From: Microcystaceae cyanobacterium
Lineage (GTDB): Bacteria > Cyanobacteriota > Cyanobacteriia > Cyanobacteriales > Microcystaceae
NCBI GenBank assembly: GCA_041746575.1
Contig: JBGTGT010000090.1
Span: forward strand, 1 to 33,348
Length of the DNA: 33,348 bases
Reading direction: 5' to 3'
This document shows positions 10,232-19,574 of this stretch, one piece after another. A model generated the notes under the pieces. It ran no database searches and was not told the DNA's origin. It worked only from the letters and a program-made list of their open reading frames with translations. The number at the start of each line of letters is the position of its first letter. Position 1 is the first letter of the stretch. The position numbers were made by a program, and so were the translations under genes.

Positions 10232-10395
10232 ACGTAAGTTCGACCATCAGAAAATCTACGAGAATTCTTTATTTAATTTTTTTTGTGCAGGGGGTTTGGG
10301 GGGCTAGTCCCCCAATCAAGAATTTGTTTTTCTTTTCCTGATCCCAACGAGAATGGACAAAAAAATTGAGATAATTGCCCTCGTCGAACTCACGT
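10232..10395. mobile_element. MITE (164 bp, non-coding)
   Basis: Terminal inverted repeats ACGTAAGTTCGAC (10232-10244) and GTCGAACTCACGT (10383-10395), 12/13 match; flanked by the 7-bp direct repeat CTTTTTA (10225-10231, 10396-10402). Confidence 0.85.
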
Positions 10396-10410
10396 CTTTT
10401 TAATATAGTA

Positions 10411-12153
10411 TTATTTCAAAATTTCTTCTAATTGATGTTGTTGCCATAACGATTGATACAATCCCGCTTGGTGCAGTAACTGCTCGTGAGTGCCTATCTG
10501 GACAATTTCTCCTTTATCCATCACAAAAATGCGATCGGCTTTAGCGGCGGCCGATAATTGATGGGAAATGAAAATAACGGTTTTTCCTCGTTCACTCGAT
10601 AAATTCTCTAAAATTTCCGTGGCGGTTTGGTTATCAACACTGGATAAAGCATCATCCAAAATTAACACAGGCGCATCGACTAATAATGCTCTTGCTAAAG
10701 CAGTTCGTTGCCGTTGTCCACCTGATAGCGTAATACCCCGTTCTCCGACTAAGGTTTCATAGTCTTGAGGAAAATTAATGATTTCGGCATGAATTTGCGC
10801 TTTTTTGGCGGCATACTCTATTTCAGAAGATTCATTGAGGGGATCACCGTAGCGAATATTATTCTTAATCGAGGTACTGAATAAAAAGCTATCCTGAGGT
10901 ACGTAGGCGATCGCTTTTCTCAATTGGCTTAAGGGAATCTGGATGATATCTTTCCCGCCAAAAAAGACTTGATTAGAGTTAATATCCAATAAATGGGGTA
11001 AAATATTCGCCAAAGTTGATTTACCTGCTCCAATCGTTCCAACAATGGCGACGGTTTCCTGAGGCTGAATCGTAAAATGAAGATTTTTTAAAGCGGGGAT
11101 TTTCGCGTCGGGATAGGTATAAGTTAAGCCTTTAGCCGTAATTTCGCCTTTTGTTAATTCTTCTAATAAAATAGGTCGAGAACTGTCTTTAATGGCTGGT
11201 TTAACGCTAAAAATCGATTCAACCCGATCGACACTTACTTCACCCCGTTGATAGGCGGTAATGGTAAATCCTAATAAAGCAGTCGGAAAAACAAGGCGTT
11301 CAACTAATAATAATAAAGCGACAAAATCTCCTATGGTAATTACTCCGTTACGAATTGAACGGATGCCAAGCATTAATAAAATAAGTAAACTGAGGTAGGA
11401 TAATCCCTCGATGACGGGAAATAAAAAATTACGAGTTCGAGCTAATTTTAAATTGGCTTTTAATAAGCGTTGATTTTTCTGAGCAAAGGCTTCTCGTTCT
11501 TGCTCTTCTTGGGCATAAATTTTAATCAAAGAAATGCCACTTATATCTTCTTGAATTAAGTCACTAATATCGGATAATTTTTCTTGAACTTCTGCTTGTT
11601 GATCTCGTAACTTTCCACTGAATAATTGAACGGTAATTAACATTAAAGGGTAAACGGCGATCGCCCCTAGTGTTAGCGGCACACTGATTGCTAACATAAC
11701 AGGTAAAGTTAACCCGTAGGCGAAAATAGTATTCACTAAGCTAAGAACGGCAAAACCCACTAAACGGCGAATATTATCGACATCACTGGTGGCGCGATTA
11801 ATCAAATCTCCGGTTGGATGAAGATTAAAATAAGAGGGTTCAAGCTTTAATAAATGCTCAAAAATACCTTGTTTAAGGGCAAACTCTACCTGACGACCGA
11901 TGCCAAAAATAGAAAGACGAGACAGCATCCGAATAAACCACATTAAACAGGCCAATAGAAAGATTTGCCAGACATAAGGCTGAAGATCTGAAAAGCGAAA
12001 ATCGACTTTTAGGTGGTCAATACTATCACGTAGTAATAAGGGAAGATAAACCCCTAGGCAGTTAACAAGCAGTAAGGCAAAAATGCCGACAATGAGTTGT
12101 TTAGAATAAGGACGTAAATAAAGCCAAAGTTGATGAAGTCTTGAGCGCGCCAT
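10411..12153 (-). CDS. ABC transporter, fused permease/ATP-binding exporter (MdlA/MsbA-like)
   Basis: N-terminal TM domain; Walker A GTIGAGKST, signature LSGGQRQR, Walker B LILDD. Confidence 0.95.
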   Translation of the reverse strand: MARSRLHQLWLYLRPYSKQLIVGIFALLLVNCLGVYLPLLLRDSIDHLKVDFRFSDLQPYVWQIFLLACLMWFIRMLSRLSIFGIGRQVEFALKQGIFEHLLKLEPSYFNLHPTGDLINRATSDVDNIRRLVGFAVLSLVNTIFAYGLTLPVMLAISVPLTLGAIAVYPLMLITVQLFSGKLRDQQAEVQEKLSDISDLIQEDISGISLIKIYAQEEQEREAFAQKNQRLLKANLKLARTRNFLFPVIEGLSYLSLLILLMLGIRSIRNGVITIGDFVALLLLVERLVFPTALLGFTITAYQRGEVSVDRVESIFSVKPAIKDSSRPILLEELTKGEITAKGLTYTYPDAKIPALKNLHFTIQPQETVAIVGTIGAGKSTLANILPHLLDINSNQVFFGGKDIIQIPLSQLRKAIAYVPQDSFLFSTSIKNNIRYGDPLNESSEIEYAAKKAQIHAEIINFPQDYETLVGERGITLSGGQRQRTALARALLVDAPVLILDDALSSVDNQTATEILENLSSERGKTVIFISHQLSAAAKADRIFVMDKGEIVQIGTHEQLLHQAGLYQSLWQQHQLEEILK

Positions 12154-12317
12154 TCGATTCGAGATAAATAAAATAAATGAGTTAGTTAAGATTATAACGT
12201 TATCTCAAATTCTAAAAATAAGAGAATAGCCATTTAGTTTAAGGTCAAAGCCTTCGCTAAAGGGTGACCAAAATTTGTTAAAGTTTTAAAAGAGCAGCAC
12301 CTTAAACAGGAGAAAAC

Positions 12318-13748
12318 ATGACTGAGTTTGACTATGATTTAGTAATAATTGGAGCAGGTGTCGGTGGTCATGGAGCGGCCTTACACGCAGTTAAATGTGG
12401 CTTAAAAACCGCTATTATCGAAGCAAAAGACATGGGAGGAACTTGTGTCAACCGCGGCTGTATCCCTTCAAAAGCCTTACTTGCCGCTTCTGGTAGAGTC
12501 AGAGAATTTCAAGATCAAGATCATCTCAAAGAATTAGGCATAGAGGTGGGCAATATTGCCTTTCAACGTCATAAAATCGCTAATCATGCCAATACTTTAG
12601 TCAATAAGATTCAAAGCGACCTCACCAATAGCCTCAAACGCTCAAAAGTGGATATTATTCGCGGTTGGGGAAAAGTGATTGCTCCTCAGAAAGTCAGTGT
12701 TTTGACGGATGAGGGAGAAAAAACGTTCACCGCTAAGGATATTATGCTTTGTCCGGGATCTATTCCCTTTGTGCCAAGAGGGGTAGAAATTGACCATCAA
12801 ACGGTCTTTACCAGTGATGAAGCTGTTAAATTAGAAACACTACCTCAATGGATTGCAATTATTGGGAGTGGTTACATCGGTCTTGAATTTTCGGATATTT
12901 ATACGGCTTTAGGGTGCGAGGTGACGATGATCGAAGCTTTAGATAATTTAATGCCGGGATTTGACCCTGAAATCTCAAAATTAGCCGAACGAATCTTAAT
13001 TAAACCGAGAGATATTGAAACCTATGTTGGGGTTTTTGCGACTAAAGTAACCCCCGGTTCTCCCGTTACCATTGAATTAACGGACGCCAAAACCAAAGAA
13101 GTGATGGATATCCTAGAAGTCGATGCTTGTCTGGTGGCGACAGGTCGTATTCCTGCGACCAAAAACTTGGGTTTAGAGAGTATCGGTGTCGAAATTGATA
13201 AACGGGGCTTTATTCCGGTTAATGATCGCATGGAAGTCTTGAAAGACGATCAACCCGTTCCCCATCTATGGGCAGTCGGCGATGCGACAGGTCAGATGAT
13301 GTTGGCTCATGCGGCTTCTGGGCAGGGGGTGGCGGCAGTAGAAAATATTTGTGGTCGTCCGACAACGATGGATTATCGCGCTATTCCGGCGGCCGCTTTT
13401 ACCCATCCCGAAATTAGCTATGTGGGATTAACAGAACCGGCGGCTCTTGAATTAGGACAAAAAGAAGGATTTGCGGTCAAATCGGTCAAAACCTATTTTA
13501 AAGGCAATTCTAAAGCCTTAGCAGAAGGGGCAACAGATGGAGTGACTAAGGTGATTTACCGCGAAGATACGGGGGAATTATTGGGAGTACATATTATTGG
13601 CATCCATGCGTCTGATCTTATTCAAGAGGCGGCTAATGCGATCGCTCAACGGCTTCCAGTGCAGAAGTTAGCTTTTAATATTCATACCCATCCGACCCTA
13701 TCTGAAGTGTTAGATGAAGCCTACAAACGGGCGGAAATTGCTGTTTAA
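12318..13748 (+). CDS. lpdA: Dihydrolipoyl dehydrogenase
   Basis: GAGVGG FAD motif, [13 protein letters not shown] redox disulfide, GSGYIGLE, C-terminal HPTLSE. Confidence 0.97.
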   Translation: MTEFDYDLVIIGAGVGGHGAALHAVKCGLKTAIIEAKDMGGTCVNRGCIPSKALLAASGRVREFQDQDHLKELGIEVGNIAFQRHKIANHANTLVNKIQSDLTNSLKRSKVDIIRGWGKVIAPQKVSVLTDEGEKTFTAKDIMLCPGSIPFVPRGVEIDHQTVFTSDEAVKLETLPQWIAIIGSGYIGLEFSDIYTALGCEVTMIEALDNLMPGFDPEISKLAERILIKPRDIETYVGVFATKVTPGSPVTIELTDAKTKEVMDILEVDACLVATGRIPATKNLGLESIGVEIDKRGFIPVNDRMEVLKDDQPVPHLWAVGDATGQMMLAHAASGQGVAAVENICGRPTTMDYRAIPAAAFTHPEISYVGLTEPAALELGQKEGFAVKSVKTYFKGNSKALAEGATDGVTKVIYREDTGELLGVHIIGIHASDLIQEAANAIAQRLPVQKLAFNIHTHPTLSEVLDEAYKRAEIAV

Positions 13749-14067
13749 GAAGAAGGATTTTAAGTGATCGGTTTTGTGCCTATTGCGCTTTAATTTAAGT
13801 GATTTGCGGCGAGCGGGTCACTTTTAATCCCATCTTGATTTGCGATTTAATAATTGACATAGCTTTGACTATGACGAGGTTGATATTTTTGACTTTAATC
13901 TGCAAGTTGACGGGCAAGCAAACCTCGCTGATACGCTTTTTTTGGAGGTCATTGCTGATCAGTCCGCTCTACTCTTTTCAGTAGAAACCGATCCCGATAT
14001 CTACTTTGAGCGAATCCAAGTTCCGTTAGGCGGCTTGTGGGCTGATGATGAAACAGATATTGACAAT

Positions 14068-15099
14068 AGACATCTCCAAAAATCTGTAATCCAGTCGCAT
14101 TAATCAGGATTTGAAGCCACAAAATCTAATTTCGGACTAAAATTATGACTCATTATAACGTCAATTACTTGACCGGATTCAGCCGATTCTATGACTTCTA
14201 AAATTAGCGAACCTATTCTGAATCTTACTAAACTACAAACAGTTAAAATCACTGAATTATATAGACTTTTTTGCAAGCGAAATCTTTCTCGAACAATTTT
14301 AAATATTTTCACCACTCTAATCAGGTGCTCAACAAAAATTCGCCCTGATGATAAAGGTTTATTTTCTGCTTTTTCGACGGGGTCGTTATTTGAGATTCTC
14401 CGATATAGGCTTTATCGCCACTAAAAAGTTGTTGAGTATCAAATCGATTTAAGGTTTGCCGACAAATTTTTATATCACTCATTGGGCTAGGCTTGCCCAC
14501 CACTACATCAACAATATTCCCTCCCTTTGGTAAGACAATAAACTAACTTTTAAAAGTATGTCTTTTTGGTTTCCCTGAATAGTATTTTTTTTGAGCTTCA
14601 TAGTCTGAAGGTCTTTCTATAACTTGCTCTGCACTATCTACTATTAATTCATATTGAGTTAATTCTTCACGAATCTTTTCCATTTCTTCTGGGGACTTTT
14701 TTACTTGTTCTAAAAGACTTGGAGGTAAATCTTCTTGAAAAATATTCTGCCAATAGTTAAATAAGTTATGCGCTGTTGATTCACTCACTTGAAACAGCAA
14801 TCCTAAAATTTGAAAACTTAAGTTATGCCTCAGATAAACTAACATTAAAATAATTTGTTCTTCCTCTGAAAGTTTTGGATGATTACCTCCACTTCTTCTT
14901 GCTTTTTTTGGCGCAGAATTTTTCCTTTTTCTATCAATTGTCTTAATTGATTATAATCAATCCCCAATAATCTTTTTGTTTCTTTAGGATGTTTCTGTAT
15001 ATAATCCCATGTGTAGTTGTCCATTTTAGCGGTTACTCAATTGACTTTCATTATAATTATACTCTATTTTCTAAGTTTTATAGTATTATGGAGAAGTCT
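14068..15099 (-). mobile_element. IS5-family (ISL2-type; HTH_Tnp_4 + DDE_Tnp_4-like) insertion sequence, decayed
   Basis: Inverted ends AGACATCTCCA... / ...TGGAGAAGTCT; flanking direct repeat ACAAT (14063-14067, 15100-15104), or CAA if the terminal TA is counted as element. Confidence 0.85.
14100..15024 (-). pseudogene. Transposase pseudogene
   Basis: Fragments MDNYTWDYIQKHPKETKRLLGIDY.., LVYLRHNLSFQILGLLFQVSESTAHN, LIVDSAEQVIERP..YYSGK, GDKAYIG, KIFKIVRERFR, split by a deletion/frameshifts and an in-frame stop at 14543. Confidence 0.88.
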
Positions 15100-15175
15100 A
15101 CAATATGAATACCATTTTTGATCTCGATGGCTTGATGACATCTTACTGCCTTTGAAAAAGGGGATAAAAAGAAGA

Positions 15176-15700
15176 TTAATGCTGAATCACCAAAACCGAA
15201 CAAGGAGCATGATGCACAACATAATTACTAACACTGCCTAAAATGAATTCGGATAAACCTGTTTTGCCACTTCTGCCTACAATAATTAGATCGGCTCCCC
15301 ATTCTTTTGCTGTTTTGCAAATTTGCTTTCCTGCGTCTCCACTGCAGTAACTCACTTCTGCTTCTACCCCTTCTACGTTAGCTTGTTGCACAAATACATC
15401 TAACCACTCTTGAAATTGTTCTGTTGCTTCGCGAATCAATTTTTCTTCTAATTCCAGCATTTCGAGAGAATGTACGCCCGCATAGAGGTTAACATAAAAA
15501 GGATATTCGGGAGCGGCAGGTATTTCTCCTTGCAAGCAATGGAATATTATCAAATGACTACCCTCTTTTTTAGCCATTTCCAAGGCTTTTTTAAAGATTT
15601 CTGGGGTAGGCTCAAGATAGTCAACGGCGACTAAAATTCGCTGATATTCTTTCTGGAAAGGAGACAGGGTATAACGATTTTGTGTCAAGGTTTTTAACAT
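15176..15700 (-). CDS. Universal stress protein (UspA family)
   Basis: YQRILVAVD N-terminus; ADLIIVGRSGKTGLSEFILGSVSNYVVHHAPCSVLV. Confidence 0.95.
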   Translation of the reverse strand: MLKTLTQNRYTLSPFQKEYQRILVAVDYLEPTPEIFKKALEMAKKEGSHLIIFHCLQGEIPAAPEYPFYVNLYAGVHSLEMLELEEKLIREATEQFQEWLDVFVQQANVEGVEAEVSYCSGDAGKQICKTAKEWGADLIIVGRSGKTGLSEFILGSVSNYVVHHAPCSVLVIQH

Positions 15701-15853
15701 AAATCTTCTCCCTAATTCTAATGCTATTTATATCGATATGATGACATAATTTCTAAATTTTTGTTATTTTTGTTACAGAAATCATTAGATTTTCATGTAG
15801 TTTTATCGATTATTTTAATTCTGCTAGAAGTCTGTAAAGTTTATTTTTGAAAA

Positions 15854-16933
15854 ATGTCTCATTTACTAATTAATCTTGCTTTCTTACTGGATAAACCAAC
15901 AGGAATTACGACTTATGCCACCAATGTTTATCCTTATTTTAAGTCACTTCAGCCAACACTTTTAATTGCCCAATCTCAACCCCATTTTAACTGTTATCCT
16001 GTGTCCTCGGATATGTCACCCGCTTCGGGAACAAAAGGTCATTTACGCCGTTTATTATGGACACAAGTGAAATTACCAACAATATACCGCAATTTAAAAG
16101 CTTCTCTTTTATTTTCACCGATTCCTGAAGCTCCGCTTTATCAGAAGATTCGCTGTGTGGTGATGGTGCATGATTTAATTCCGCTTCGTTTTCCTAAGCG
16201 ATATTCCCCTTTGACGCCTTATTTTCGCGATTATATTCCTCAAGTTTTGAGGCAAAGCGTTCATATTGTCTGTAATTCTCAAGCAACTGCTGACGATATT
16301 ATTGATTTTTGGCAAATTCCAGCACAAAAAATTACCCCCATTTGGTTAGGTTATGATAAAAGCCATTTTCGCCCTTTAGAAGCAAAAAAGTTGGTTCAGC
16401 CCTTAGTTCCTTATTTTCTCTACTTGGGACGCTGTGATCCGTATAAAAACTTAAGTCGCTTAATTGAGGCATTTTCTCGACTGTCGGGAGAGGTTGAATT
16501 ATGGATAGCTGGCCCTTATGATGAGCGCTATACACCTAATCTGCAAAAACAAGTGGAAGAATTAGGGATTGCTCATAAAGTAACGTTTTTATCCTATGTA
16601 TCTCACCAAGATTTGCCCATTTTGCTCAATCAAGCGCTGGCTTTAGTTTTCCCTACTCTATGGGAAGGATTCGGCTTACCCGTTGTTGAAGCGATGGCCT
16701 GCGGAACACCGATTATTACGTCAAATTTAGCATCCTTGCCAGAAATTACAGGAAATTCAGCTTTACTTATTAATCCTTATGATATTGCTTCGATTAGAGA
16801 TGCAATGCAACAAGTTTGGCAGGATGAACAATTGCGATCGCACCTTCGTCAAAACAGTTTACAACGAGCGAGTCAATTCAGTTGGCAAATCACGGCTGAA
16901 AAAACACAAAAAGTGCTAGAAGCCTATTTATAA
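15854..16933 (+). CDS. Glycosyltransferase family 4 (GT-B)
   Basis: VHDLIP, PYKNL, LVFPTLWEGFGLPVVEAMACGTP motifs. Confidence 0.93.
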   Translation: MSHLLINLAFLLDKPTGITTYATNVYPYFKSLQPTLLIAQSQPHFNCYPVSSDMSPASGTKGHLRRLLWTQVKLPTIYRNLKASLLFSPIPEAPLYQKIRCVVMVHDLIPLRFPKRYSPLTPYFRDYIPQVLRQSVHIVCNSQATADDIIDFWQIPAQKITPIWLGYDKSHFRPLEAKKLVQPLVPYFLYLGRCDPYKNLSRLIEAFSRLSGEVELWIAGPYDERYTPNLQKQVEELGIAHKVTFLSYVSHQDLPILLNQALALVFPTLWEGFGLPVVEAMACGTPIITSNLASLPEITGNSALLINPYDIASIRDAMQQVWQDEQLRSHLRQNSLQRASQFSWQITAEKTQKVLEAYL

Positions 16934-16996
16934 AGGATCAGAAATCTTGACTTTTCAAGCTATATCTATTACTTATTGAAAATTGCTGCAATTGCC

Positions 16997-18130
16997 ATGA
17001 ATTCACGACTTAAATCTTTTTCTATTTTCCATTACATGATGATGGCTGCGGTTATTGTGGTGGCGATCGCGTTTTGGATGTATTATGGCAAATTTTCGGG
17101 AAATATTACAGGATTTTTTCGTATTGGTTCAGAACTTGGGCTTTCTCCTTATTTAATTCCAGAAAAGATTATTATTTTTCAAGGAGAAGTCGGTTATGAC
17201 GGTCAACAATTTCTCAGTTTAGCTTTAGATCCTTTTTTAGGCAATCCCAACACATTAACCGCGCTAGATCATCCTGCTTATCGTTATCGCCGTATTTTTT
17301 ATCCTTTCTTGAGTTATTGCTTAGCTTTTGGTAATCGTACTTTAATTCCCTATATGATGGTCTTAATTAATAGTTTAAGTATCATCGGATTAGTGGGATT
17401 TATCGGTCGATTTTGTCGAAAAGCGCAAATTCCTGTCGCATCATGTCTTTTCATGCTGTGTATTCCGGGGGTATGGATGGTTTTATCCCTATCTACGGCA
17501 GATTTATTGAGTAGTTTATTATTGGTTGCCGCTATCTATGGTTTTCGTCATCAGAAACCCCATTTTACCGCTATTGGCTTAGGGTTAGGCTGTCTTACCC
17601 GTGAAACATTATTTATTGCATGGGTAGCGATTTTAGGTCTTTCTCTGTTAGAAAAACGTAAATCAGATATCAAATGGTTATTATTGGCGATCATACCCAG
17701 TTTTTTATGGAATTTATATGTTATTTACCTAAAGATCCCCGGATATACGGGCGTTAAATCGAATTTCGGCTTTCCTTTTTGGGGGATGCTACAGAAGGGG
17801 TTAACGCTATTTTCTGAGATAAGTGTCAATCGGTTATTTGAGATGTATATGTGGGGATTAATTTTAAGTATTTTTGGAGCAGTGTTGTGGCTTTGTTGGC
17901 AGTTTAAAAGAGATAATAAGGTTATGCGATGGATTGCTTTATTTTATGGTGTTATGTTTGTCTGTAGTACCATAGCGATTTTAGGTTATTATTTAGACTA
18001 TTCACGGGTTTATATGGATATTTATTTTTTACTTTTATTGTGTATTAATTACAGTAGAATTCCAGTAAAAACAGTTTTAATGATGGCTTCTGGTGTAGCA
18101 AGTGTTGCTTTTTTAGTTTTTCATTCTTAA
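16997..18130 (+). CDS. Polytopic membrane protein, GT-C-like / AZOBR_p60025-like surface glycopolymer protein
   Basis: GYDGQQF..LALDPF..LDHPAYRYRRIFYP loop motif, ~10 TM segments, LTRET; directly follows the GT4 gene. Confidence 0.55.
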   Translation: MNSRLKSFSIFHYMMMAAVIVVAIAFWMYYGKFSGNITGFFRIGSELGLSPYLIPEKIIIFQGEVGYDGQQFLSLALDPFLGNPNTLTALDHPAYRYRRIFYPFLSYCLAFGNRTLIPYMMVLINSLSIIGLVGFIGRFCRKAQIPVASCLFMLCIPGVWMVLSLSTADLLSSLLLVAAIYGFRHQKPHFTAIGLGLGCLTRETLFIAWVAILGLSLLEKRKSDIKWLLLAIIPSFLWNLYVIYLKIPGYTGVKSNFGFPFWGMLQKGLTLFSEISVNRLFEMYMWGLILSIFGAVLWLCWQFKRDNKVMRWIALFYGVMFVCSTIAILGYYLDYSRVYMDIYFLLLLCINYSRIPVKTVLMMASGVASVAFLVFHS

Positions 18131-18157
18131 AATATTAAAGGAGAATTAAATATATAA

Positions 18158-18430
18158 TTAATTACTTTTTAAATTATAAATATCTCTACGATGACCGATT
18201 TGATGTACTGTCATTCATTTTAAGGTATTATCGAAAGTATAAATAGCACGATAGTCTTCTATTCTTAATTTAAAGAATCTTTTTAAGTTAGCCGTTAAAG
18301 GAAGAGGAGGAATATGTTCAAAGTTATTAGCTAACCAGTGTAGTTTTTTAAGAATTATAGATTGAAGATTAGGTGTAATCTTTTTCAAGTCCGTTAATGC
18401 TTCTGCTTTAATTTTCAATTGATACGACAT
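18158..18430 (-). pseudogene. RelE/ParE family toxin with premature stop
   Basis: MSYQLKI..ALTDLKK..KLRIEDYRAIYTFDNTLK*MTVHQIGHRRDIY; TGA at 18215-18217 precedes the conserved GHRRDIY C-terminus; natural stop at 18158. Confidence 0.8.
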
Positions 18431-18432
18431 TA

Positions 18433-18645
18433 TCAATCTAACCCTAGTTCTTGCATCACTTCTTCGAGAGACATTCCTGCTTCCCCTTTATCTGTTCGTT
18501 GTTTAGAAGTAATCAATCGTTGTTTTACTTTTTCTTTTAATTCTAAACCTGTATCAGGATCATTAAGATAATCTTCTAGGGTTTCTAACACAGTTGCTCG
18601 GATTAATGTTTTGAGTTGTTCGATAGTTAAATCTTTGACTTTCAT
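18433..18645 (-). CDS. Putative type II antitoxin
   Basis: 70-aa ORF directly upstream of the RelE-like gene, ending in SLEEVMQELGLD; AAGGA RBS. Confidence 0.75.
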   Translation of the reverse strand: MKVKDLTIEQLKTLIRATVLETLEDYLNDPDTGLELKEKVKQRLITSKQRTDKGEAGMSLEEVMQELGLD

Positions 18646-18684
18646 TGTTTATTTCCTTAAAATCAAGTTTATTTTGCGAAGGTG

Positions 18685-19419
18685 CTATTCATCAATTTCA
18701 ATTTGAGTTAATACATTTTCCATCCAAGTAATCCGTAGATCATAGTTTATAAAATAGTAACCAAACAATAAGGGTGTAAATATCAGAGAAAAGCTTCCAA
18801 ATTTATTCAATTCTATTAATTTAAAAAAATCCACATTAATCAAAGCTTCTTGAAAATTACTGTCAGGCAAACAACCAATAAAAATACTTCCCCAAAGAAG
18901 ATTGATCATTACATTGAGAGAGTATCCTTTCCTTTTATAATACAAAATAGACCTTTTTATATTTTGCTTGGCTCCATTTATATCTTTATCTAAATCTAAC
19001 TGGTATAAATAATATCCTAATACCTTTGGCCAAAGCCTATCCCATCCTATTTCAAATCGAGGTGTCCATTGATTTAAAAGCAATGGTAAAATTATCTGAA
19101 ATCCTAAAAATAGAACAATAAAAATTAATCGTAACTCAATTTTTTGTTCTTTAAGATTTAAAATATTAGCAATAATTGAGAATAGGATCAAAATTGAAAG
19201 TTGAAATAAAAGAATAAAACAAGGATGGATAAATAAAAAGAATTGAAGTCTTCTAAAGATCAATTTTATAATGTTTCTCGATCTGATGTCTTGTGCTTGT
19301 CTTAACTCATCGATAAAAATCTCTCGATCAAATTGTTTATTACTATTTATTCCTTCTTTGATAATTTGGAAAGTTTTTTCATGGGGATGACGAAAATTAG
19401 ATAAAGTAAGATTTCGCAT
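18685..19419 (-). CDS. Hypothetical membrane protein (AT-rich)
   Basis: 244-aa ORF with ~4 hydrophobic segments; no recognisable family. Confidence 0.6.
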   Translation of the reverse strand: MRNLTLSNFRHPHEKTFQIIKEGINSNKQFDREIFIDELRQAQDIRSRNIIKLIFRRLQFFLFIHPCFILLFQLSILILFSIIANILNLKEQKIELRLIFIVLFLGFQIILPLLLNQWTPRFEIGWDRLWPKVLGYYLYQLDLDKDINGAKQNIKRSILYYKRKGYSLNVMINLLWGSIFIGCLPDSNFQEALINVDFFKLIELNKFGSFSLIFTPLLFGYYFINYDLRITWMENVLTQIEIDE

Positions 19420-19574
19420 AATAGTTTATTGATAATTATCTTACGCAAAGAAAAATACAACGTCATTTTTAATGATAACTAAAATCGGTCATATAGAAAG
19501 TTTGTCTCTTATTCCTACAACTTTATCAAGACTCCCTTACAATAGAAGTATGAAGAAAGGTAACAGGGTGAGTT

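Noticed and set aside
13799..13984. 61-aa ORF after lpdA
   Set aside because: No RBS or motif; a different frame here looks more protein-like and is reported as a relic
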